Below are positions 24,770 through 33,500 of a DNA stretch of 64,000 bases, piece after piece. Made by a program: the position numbers and the translations under genes. Below the pieces are notes generated by a model. That model had not been told where the DNA came from. It worked only from the letters and a program-made list of their open reading frames with translations, and searched no databases. This stretch comes from Heterodontus francisci (taxonomy: Eukaryota). The stretch's first letter is position 1; the number at the start of each line of letters is the position of its first letter. Location: positions 26,920,819-26,984,818 of the forward strand of contig NC_090411.1 in NCBI RefSeq assembly GCF_036365525.1. The letters run 5' to 3'.

Positions 24770-24989
24770 TACCTGGTTATTATCATATTGCTGTTTGTGG
24801 GAGCTTGCTGTGTGTATACTCGCTGCCATTTTCTCTGCACTACAACAGTACAAAAAGTACTTCATTGGCTGTAAAGCATTTTGAGGTGTCCGGTTGTTGA
24901 GAGAGGCGAAATAAATTCATAAATGCAAGACATGAATGCAAGTCTTTTTTTTTAGATCACTGTTAGACCTCAATTAGAATATATATGTT

Positions 24990-25108
24990 CTGATGAAAGG
25001 TCACTGATCTGAAACGTTATCTCTGCTTCTCTCTCCACAGACATGAGTATTTCCAGCACTTCTTATTTTTATTTCAGATTTCCAGCATCTGCAATATTTT
25101 GCTTTTAT
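24990..25108 (+). mobile_element. 119-bp solo Penelope-tail insertion with hammerhead-like motif and 17-bp TSD
   Basis: ATTAGAATATATATGTT at 24973-24989 and 25109-25125. The insert begins CTGATGAAAGGTCACTGATCTGAAACGTT. Confidence 0.82.
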
Positions 25109-25409
25109 ATTAGAATATATATGTTTGTGTGTCTATTATAGATATATGTAGATACATATATATTTGTGTGTGGATATGATAGATATATTGTACATTGATA
25201 CATATATATTTTTATATATTATAGAGCAATATAGATAGGGCCCTACAAATTTAGTCAAATTTTACAAATTATACGGGCACGGTATTTTAAGAATCATGAA
25301 TTTCACGATTTCAAATATTTAAATTATAAATTTCAGAGTTGCAACAAGCCATGAAAATTATCTATTTAAAACAAAAAAAGTCCAAGGAGGTTTCTGGTTT
25401 CAAATGGCA

Positions 25410-25415
25410 TTTATT
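25410..25415 (-). terminator. Candidate poly(A) signal of the CGGBP-like gene
   Basis: AATAAA on the - strand about 64 nt after the stop codon. Confidence 0.5.
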
Positions 25416-25478
25416 GTATATTCAAAAACTATTGTAAAATGTTAACTATAAACAGTTCATGTTCTTTACTCACTGAAA

Positions 25479-27479
25479 TCAGTGGTTGAATGTGAGCATG
25501 GAGCAACCTGCAACTGTCTCTTTCTTCATTCCCTGTCTCTGCGCTGTGAACACCTGTCCACGTTTAGACACAGCTCTCTCCACATTCGCTGAGTTTGTCG
25601 GAATTGTCAGACAGCGCCGTGCTAGCCTTGCAAGGTGGGGGATTCTGCATTCCACAGAGTTCCAAAACTGCAGCACAGGCAAAGTAGAATCCGCTTCCTT
25701 TGCAATGCTTTTATAAGCAGGAATCTCCAACCTACAGTTCTTATCAAAGCCAGGAATTGCATGAAACAAGTTTAAATCCACCATCAACAGGTTTATTTGT
25801 GCAGGGTCAAAGATACGCACAGCTTTCAGGAATGCTGCAGAAGGTTGTTGAAACTTCTGAGCCACATTTTCTTCACTGCTTGACTGTTCCCCGTAGCAGT
25901 AATATCGTTTGAGCTTCTTTGCCATGCAAGAAAACACTTGTTGAGCACAGGCATTTAATTCAGTTTCATCAGAGTGTTGTTGATTTGACTGTGCTTCAGC
26001 CCAGAACAGTACATCCATTACTTTATTGTAAGCTTTGTGGATTGTGACATGTCGAGATTCAAACCAAGTGATTAAATCCATCAGTTGTGTAACATTCTTG
26101 GCAACAAACTGAACCTCCTCATTAAGCTGAGCATCGTTTAGAAGGGTTACAATGTCTGTTAAAACCTGTATTTTTGGTGTCAGTGTGAGCTCTTCTGAGA
26201 TGAAGTCTGAGTAGTATTTCAGGTGAGCTGCATGATATTGTACTGCCCGAAACCAAGAATTGCAATGTGTAATTACTGGCTCTGGAGGAAGGGCTATGTT
26301 TTGTTCCCCAATTTCAACTGCATTTGCAATATGTTGCCTGTATCGAAGCTTGCGACTAGGGCAGTGTTTGAAGATCTCTTTAATGTAGCTGACCAGTTTG
26401 TCGACATTACCAAACTCGCTTTTCCACAGCTCACTAATAAGAGAAATTATATGTGCATTACATATAATATGGACAACATTAGGCATTACACCTTGGAGCA
26501 CAGATTTGAAAGATTTTGTTAAATAAGTTGCATTGTCACTAACGAAAGCAGACACTTTGTTGAAATCTGCACCATATTTTGAAACGGTTTTGAGTATCGC
26601 TTGGGAAACTGTGGTGGAATTAACAGCTTCTAAGTAGACGCAGTTTGCAAGCACTGTTGTTAGCTTTCCTGATTGTACATCTTCAGCTTTGTCAGACATA
26701 AAATCAAATAAAACATGCAGCACATAGTTGTTTTGCTCATTGGTGGACTCATTACAAACAATTGCAAAAGACTCACATGCGTTAATCTGAGACTTCATCT
26801 CCTCACAATGTGTAGCAAAAACCTTCGGTAGGTAGTCTTGTCGTAGTTTATTTGCACTTGGCAAGCAACCACCATTTTGCACATTACGTTGAATGAATAC
26901 CCGCAGCTTTGGGTGATCAAGTTTTTCCAATGGTATGTTGGCGCTTGCAAAAGCATCCACAAGTTCCATTGTAAGCAGCTGACGATTTTCTGAGCTTTCA
27001 GTCGACTTCTTAAAAAGAGATGAAACAGTTTGTTTTTTTGCATGTTTGTTTTGCAGCCGTGCGGTGTCAGATGCTCTCTTCCCGCAACCCCTGTTTTGCA
27101 CATTGCGTTGAATGAATAGCCGCAGCTTTGGTTGATCAAGTTTATCCAACGGTATGTTGGCGCTTGCAAAAGCATCCACAAGTTCCAGGGGAACGCACTG
27201 ACTGTTTTCTGAGCTCTCTGTCGACTTCTTAAGAGATGAATCCGGTGCTTGTTTCTTTGCGTGTTCGTTTTCCAGCAGTGCCGTGTCCGATGCTCTCTTT
27301 CTGCTGCGATGACTTTCGGACTCTAAATGCCGCTGAACCGTTGCCCGCCGTGTGTGATCCAGCGAAACATTGCAACTCGTACAAAACAGTATTCCACCAG
27401 CAGCATGCAAAATTTGGCTTCCAAATTCCTTCACTCGATGTGCTGCAGTAATGGTTGTGGCCTTTTTAGATTTGCTCAT
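25479..27479 (-). CDS. CGGBP1-like hAT-transposase-derived protein, 666 aa (BED zinc finger, duplicated DNA-binding segment, RNase H-like domain, hATC-like C-terminus)
   Basis: RVKEFG..GGILFCTSCNVSLDH..HLESESH and ANIPLEKLDHPKLRVFIQRNVQNGGCLPSANKLRQDYLP closely match human CGGBP1 (RVTEFG..GGKLFCTSCNVVLNH; ANIPLEKADHP..VKNGGSIPKSDQLRRAYLP). hAT motifs VSDNA, CNAH, QFW..PHLARLA..IPTNSANVER are present. Confidence 0.9.
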   Translation of the reverse strand: MSKSKKATTITAAHRVKEFGSQILHAAGGILFCTSCNVSLDHTRRATVQRHLESESHRSRKRASDTALLENEHAKKQAPDSSLKKSTESSENSQCVPLELVDAFASANIPLDKLDQPKLRLFIQRNVQNRGCGKRASDTARLQNKHAKKQTVSSLFKKSTESSENRQLLTMELVDAFASANIPLEKLDHPKLRVFIQRNVQNGGCLPSANKLRQDYLPKVFATHCEEMKSQINACESFAIVCNESTNEQNNYVLHVLFDFMSDKAEDVQSGKLTTVLANCVYLEAVNSTTVSQAILKTVSKYGADFNKVSAFVSDNATYLTKSFKSVLQGVMPNVVHIICNAHIISLISELWKSEFGNVDKLVSYIKEIFKHCPSRKLRYRQHIANAVEIGEQNIALPPEPVITHCNSWFRAVQYHAAHLKYYSDFISEELTLTPKIQVLTDIVTLLNDAQLNEEVQFVAKNVTQLMDLITWFESRHVTIHKAYNKVMDVLFWAEAQSNQQHSDETELNACAQQVFSCMAKKLKRYYCYGEQSSSEENVAQKFQQPSAAFLKAVRIFDPAQINLLMVDLNLFHAIPGFDKNCRLEIPAYKSIAKEADSTLPVLQFWNSVECRIPHLARLARRCLTIPTNSANVERAVSKRGQVFTAQRQGMKKETVAGCSMLTFNH

Positions 27480-27599
27480 CCTGCCTTTCCCTCTCCTCTG
27501 CTAACACTTGACAATGCAGTTGGAGGCCCTCCCTTAGCTGCCAGTCGGCGAGTTATGTCAATCACTAAAACATCATTTTAGGCAAGCGGGCCCATTTGA

Positions 27600-28242
27600 C
27601 GGAGGACGTGAGATTTCATGGTCCCTGACGCATTTTTCACGGCGCTGAATGCGGTCGGGCGCTAATTTTGTTCTGGAGCAATGCTATTGCTAAGGAAGGT
27701 GCAGAGGCCGCAAGATGGTCTGGCCCCGTCCCCTGCCCTGGCGGCGGCGCGGTGCACTGTAGGATACGGGAGGACCGAGGCGGGCGGACATGTTGTGCGG
27801 AGGGAGCCGGAGTGAGTGAGCGATAGTAAATAGCAACGGCGAGTGAGAGGCGGACACGGAGCTTCGGGCAGACAGACACTTATCCCGCCTTTTCGCTACT
27901 CCAGCTTCCCCTCCTCGGTTTGCTCGCACTCTCACCTCCTTCCTTCTCCATCTTATTTTACCCCCCCCCCCCTTACCAAAAAAAAACTTGCTCCCGCTCC
28001 CTCGCTCTCTTTGTGAGGCCTAGCGGAAATAGGTCAATCCCCGGGCTTTCCTGGAGAGCGTAGCCGGGCCAGCTGAGGGGGTAAGCCGGGGTTGCTGAGG
28101 TTGAGGCTGGAGGGGGATCAGACAGGCGCCCAATGCAGCTTCTCGGCAGCCGATTGCTTCGCATTTCACCATCTCCATCCAACCAGAAGCACCTCCATTA
28201 TCGTTTGGCGGTGGGAATTTACCCACTCACACTGATTTAAAA
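27600..28242. promoter_or_regulatory. PPP6R1: CpG island: PPP6R1 promoter and non-coding exon 1, probably bidirectional
   Basis: Dense CpG, GC boxes (GAGGCGGGCGG ~27777), YY1-like CAAGATGG (27711). Candidate + strand donors GTGAGT (27812), GTAAGC (28081), GTAAGT (28243). No other comparable CpG island lies between here and the PPP6R1 ATG exon. Confidence 0.75.
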
Positions 28243-28549
28243 GTAAGTCTCTGCCTCATAACTTTGTTATATTGACCACTTCACTCCTGTGAAAACCCCA
28301 TTATTGTCAACCTGTAGATACTTTCACTTGTGTGTCTGTGCCAGCTGTAGTATTAACTGTTAGAAGTGGTTGGAGGAGGGGGAAGAGGGCTTTTTAAAAA
28401 ATATAAAAATGATTGTATGATGCACTTACCACAACTCAATGGTTCAGTGAATTGCTGAGCTGTACAGATTGCAAAGGTCCCTGTGTAATAAAAGTAATTG
28501 CACTCCAAAAGTAGTGGAAAAGAATTAATGTGCTGTGTAAATTCAGATT

Positions 28550-28945
28550 TTCTTTGGGACATAGGAGGTTGAGAGAAGATTTTATTGAGGTTTACAAAAT
28601 TCTAAGGGGCCTCTATAGAGCGAAACTACTTTCCTCGACAGCGAGGTCAATAACCAGGAGGCAAAGATTTGAAGTAATTGGTAGATGGATTTTCCGGGGG
28701 GGGGGGGGGGGGTTGAGAAATGTTTTTAGCCAGAGGGTGGTGGGGGGTGTCTGGCACTCACTGCCTGAAAGAGTGGTTGAGGCACAAACCCTCATCACAT
28801 TTTGAAAAAAACTTGGATATGCACTTGAAGTACTGTAAATTACAGGACTGTGGACCAAGAGTTGGAAGGTGGAATTAGGCTGGAATAGTTCTTTTATGAC
28901 CAGCACTGACAAAATGGGCTGAATAGCCTCGTTTTGTGCCTTAAA
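28550..28945 (+). mobile_element. CR1 LINE 3' fragment
   Basis: RRLREDFIEVYKILRGL..NVFSQRVV..WHSLPERVVEAQTLITF. Confidence 0.8.
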
Positions 28946-30195
28946 TTATCTGTTGCTAATGTTAGCTCGGTCCCTGAGGTCAGTGGCAGGAGTGATACAG
29001 ATTGGTCTCAATGTACCTCGGGTGAGGCATGATAAGAAGAAATCAAGCAGGGATCCTCTTGATCACTATCCAGTGGTACTATTCTGCTTTTTTTTAAAAA
29101 ATTGGCTGTATGGATGTTGGTTGAGTAGAGGAATCAGGCTAGACTATGATGCCATCCATGATTAAATAGCCCGCCAATACTTAGTGTCTAGAATTGTACA
29201 CAGAATGAACAGTGAGGTACTCGAGGATAACTGGTGTCTGTGGAATTGCACCTCAGTGGGAGTTAGTCTATTCATAGAATGGGGGAGATAAATTCCTTGA
29301 TGGAATAGAGAAACGTCAAAAGTTAATAATTAGAAAAGGCCGTTCAGTCCATCAAAACTCCTCGCTCTAGTACATGAGTTCCTCCGTCCTGAAATCTAGT
29401 TGTATTTTGAATAACCTGAATGTTTTTGTCTCTATTGCTTTACTCAACAAATTATTCCAAACATTTATCAGTGAGTAAGAGAGGTTTTCCTCATGTATGT
29501 AAACTTTGCAGTGATTTGTCAATCTGCTGTCCTGCTGAGGAGGCAGCTTACAGCCTCTTTATAGTTTAAGTAATTTAAAATGTCTAATCTTTAAAACGTA
29601 ATGTTCTTTGGTTGCTGGGCCCTGTTTGTTCAGTATAATGGAATCTGGTTTGGTTAAAGTGTCGGTATTGTGGGGGATAGGAATATAACTGCATGTCATT
29701 GCTCGTATATGTTTTATTTTCCCATTCCTAACCACCATCCAATGATTTCTGCTGAAAACAGCCTGTTTATATGTGGGAATAGGTTCAGACTTGGCAGTGA
29801 TGTAGCCCCAACAGGCTCGCTTGGACAAGGTAGCATAGGGTGACAGCACCTGTTGCTATCTCTCTAGCAAGTCACCACCTACAGGAGAGAAAAGGACTCC
29901 TGAGTCCTTGGAGGATTTATCCAGTGAGCTAGTTGAATGAGGAAGGTCTGAGGTCGATTCCCAGTCTCTGCTGAGTCAGCTGGTCTCAGACGAGGCAGTG
30001 GCAAAGGGGGCTACTGTTTGTCTTGGATGGATAGCTTGATTCTTGCTTTCTAAACACATAGATAACAATTACTTGGCTAAGTTACTGGAGGGCACTAAGG
30101 TGTATCCTCGCAAGGATGCAATATCTGGGGAGAAAGTTGCTGAAGGAAAGAAAGCACCAAAACGGGAAAATTTGGAACAATGCATACTGAAGTAT

Positions 30196-30531
30196 GTTTA
30201 GAGATACAGCACTGAAACAGGCCCTTCGGCCCACCGAGTCTGTGCCGACCATCAACCACCCATTTATACTAATCCTACACTAATCCCGTATTCCTATCAC
30301 ATCCCCACCTGTCCCTATATATTTCCCTACCACCTACCTATACTAGGGGCAATTTATAATGGCCAATTAACCTATCAACCTGCAAGTCTTTGGCATGTGG
30401 GAGGAAACTGGAGCACCCGGAGGAAACCCACGCAGACACAGGGAGAACTTGCAAACTCCGCACAGGCAGTACCCAGAATCGAACCCGGGCCCCTGGAGCT
30501 GTGAGGCTGCAGTGCTAACCACTGTGCCGCC
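30196..30531 (-). mobile_element. HE1-like V-SINE
   Basis: tRNA-like head (GGCACAGTGGTTAGCACTG..GGGTTCGATT), V-domain (GTGGGTTTCCTCCGGGTGCTCCAGTTTCCTCCCAC) and CR1-like tail (GGGCCGAAGGGCCTGTTTCAGTGCTGTATCTCTAAAC). Confidence 0.85.
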
Positions 30532-33500
30532 CAGCCGCCGCTGTGTTCTTCATAGCGCTGAGGCTTTGCAGTGAGGCAAGCCATTGGACTTGAGTGATGT
30601 AATGTGACAGATTATTTGAAGCACTTCAAAATTGTTTTGTGTCTTAGCATTATCGTGGCATAGTGTGCACCAAAAAAATGTCAGATCATTTAGTATCAGC
30701 AGGTGTAGGTACATGCAAGATTACAGGAAGATTCCTTTTAACTTTATTTGTGGCCTAAGAGACTTCACGGGCTACACAGACAAAAGACTTGGACGTTCTG
30801 AAGCAGGCAAACAATGTCATACTGAGGGAGTGCTGCATTGTCGGAGGTGCTTTCCTTTAGCTGAGACTTCAAACCGATCTCCTATTTTCTTATTCCGGTA
30901 GATGTTAAAGATTCCGTGGCAGTCTTTTAGCAAGCGTGCAGGGAGTATTCTTATCCAGTCAGCGCCACAGAAATCCTATTAACTGGTCATTTATATTGTT
31001 GGTGATGGGCTGTTCCAGGTGTAGAATGGCTATCAAGTTTGCCTATGTAAGTGTAGGTGCATAAGTGCACCATAAAGCTGTGCATGAAGTTTGGAAAGAA
31101 TTTATCTGGGCTATATATGTATGACTCTTATGTACACCAGTGTAGTTTCGGTTATGCTGCATAACGTGTTGGTGATTTGTGGTGTATTTGTTGACTTTGC
31201 TATGACTAGAAAGATAAAAATCCTTATCGGTTATTTGAGTCACCAGGTGGAAAATATTCCATCTATTGTTTGACAAGTGTAGTTCAACTGAGATGTCATT
31301 CCCAGAGAGGCACATAGGTGCGTGCCTATGTGAGATGCTGAGTATGTTTAATCAGGAAGTGTGAACTATAAAATGCCAATGACTAAGATGACTATGTTGA
31401 TGTGGGCAAGGAAATCTCAAGTGCGTATGTGCGTTGATCGGGGACAGGGAGCGGGCGATGAGGTTGTGGTGAAGCAAAAGTTTGATTTGTGGACAGGGGT
31501 GGTGGAAAAGCTGGGCCAATTAAAAGCATGGTTTGGCCTGAGTGTAGCTTAACTTTGCAGCTTTGTAAGTAAATTGGAGAGAGTCGGCTTAACGCCTGCT
31601 TCCAATGTACTGCAGTCTCTGACCAGTATTGACAGGATGCTGCATTAATTGGGCTCTAACTCTGATTTTACTTGCCACAGCAATGTCAGACAGAATAATA
31701 CTATTACTTTGTTGAGGAATGGTATGCGATTCATTCAGTGTTCCATATTCTAAATTGGATTGGCCTGATTTACTAAGGGAAGTTTTTTTGATGTGGCTAA
31801 TTCCATTTTATATTGTGGATTATTTATAATTGTTGAATGGTTGTGTAGTTTCCTCCTGTTCTCCCTGCTGATTATAGTGATGTCTAATGGTCCCATTGCA
31901 CAACTTTAACTCTTGTATCAGACTATTCACCTAGGTAACAGGTAAATGCAGGATTACAGCATTATTTGGGATGTTGCATTTGACCTCGGAGCTTAAAACA
32001 GATTGGCGCTAAGGATCACTGTGAAAAATGTTCTGCATGTGGATGTTGTAAAGACATAATTGAGCTTGGCTGCGATGTCTTGTACAGTCGGATAGTGTGC
32101 AGTTTGAGCAGTTTTACACAAAAGAAATGACCATTTGGCTGAGGTACTGAAGGGCTACCTGTGGAACCTGAACCGACTGTGCTGCTCTGGAGAGGAGAGG
32201 TGGGAATATTACATAAAGGTTTGCCATCTCCTAATTTACCTCATGTACAGTGGCTCCCTTTTATCTAGCGAGAAATGGTTTTGTCTAATTCACAGTGACC
32301 TGGTTATACCTCCTGCAAGATAGTCATTCTTTTGCTCAGTTGAAGAAGGAACTGCTTTGATCTGAAATCTCTTGAAGAACTAAAGATAGCTCAGCAGCAA
32401 TCTGAATTATAGACTGTGTATTGCCTAAATTGCTTACCCTGCTGTCGCTTTCTTTGCTTTTCTTTCCTGTGTACCTTAGGAAAGTGCCTGCCCAGTGCTG
32501 TTACTTAACAAGCTTCTCTTACAAGAACCTTTAGGAAGCAACAATTAAAGCTACTAAGCCCATCCCATTTGGAAAGATGTCAACCCCACCTGCCCTCCAT
32601 CACTTAATCCCTGCTCTGAATGTCTCCTGAACCTGTTTATACCGTTTGACGGAATTTCTTTGGTAACTTATTCCACAACACTGTAACCCTTTGTGTGTGT
32701 CTGTGTGTGAAAATAAATCATCCAAGCTTCCCTTAGTTGATTGTTTCCCTGATATTTGGACCTCTAGCATGAAGCATTGACTTGCTGTTACTGTGTCTCA
32801 TCTAGCTAAGACTGGAAACTCATCGTGCCTGAGGAATTATGGCTGCGAATTTGAGCCGAAACACCCATTGCAGAGTTTATTGGTACACTGAACTGCCAAA
32901 TCCTCTTCTATGAAGCTTTAGTTACATCCCATCTTTGCTGATGCCGGATGTGGCCAGCTGAAGGGAGTTGTTGGGGAATAGGTGTATAGCTTTGCCGGGC
33001 TGTGCATATGCTCCTAAAACTGGTCTCACCTGATGGCACTTTTTAACTTGAACCATAGAGACTAGAAGATCCCAGGTTTGACTCCCAGTCCAATGTGTGG
33101 CAGTAGGGGTAGTATAGCTGGCATCAGCACTTCTGTGGCAAGACGGGGGGAAATCAGACTGGGTCCTTCTAACTGCATCCAGTGATTCTTGTCGAAAGTG
33201 TACCTGTGTGAGCATTGGATGAGCTTGTGATTCAGTGTGGTTGAATAACCTATTGTGCAGAAAGACTTGAGCGAGTTACCCCCAGAAGGTGACTATACTC
33301 CAGCAAACTTCCGCACTTACAGGAGAGCAAGGGAGCAAATAAGCTGAAATAAATTTTACCTTACCTGCTTCACAGACTAACCACTAGTTCCTCAAACTCT
33401 CTTGCTTGAACAGTTTTGTCCTGCTCACTTTGTTTATGAAATGTTACAAAAAAACTACCATGGTAACAATATGTAATCGTGTACTTCTTGCAACATCCAC

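Larger units (their letters stand above)
25236..27664 (-). mobile_element. Relic boundaries of the hAT transposon that carries the CGGBP-like ORF
   Basis: TAGGGCCCTAC (25236-25246) and GTCGGGCGCTA (27654-27664) form a 9/11 inverted match. Subterminal TTTCA(C/T)G motifs occur at both ends. The flanking 8-mers (AATATAGA, ATTTTGTT) do not match. Confidence 0.65.

Noticed and set aside
24770-24865. N-terminal ~32 aa of the 931-aa ORF as the genuine RTE start
   Set aside because: It is read from the duplicated target and flanking SINE. The element begins at 24769, inside the endonuclease domain.
25479-27479. Calling the ORF the CGGBP1 orthologue, or an active transposase
   Set aside because: It is a full-length transposase at a locus not syntenic with human CGGBP1, so no symbol was given. 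Loss of the first catalytic Asp, the TRW motif and the TSD argues against activity.
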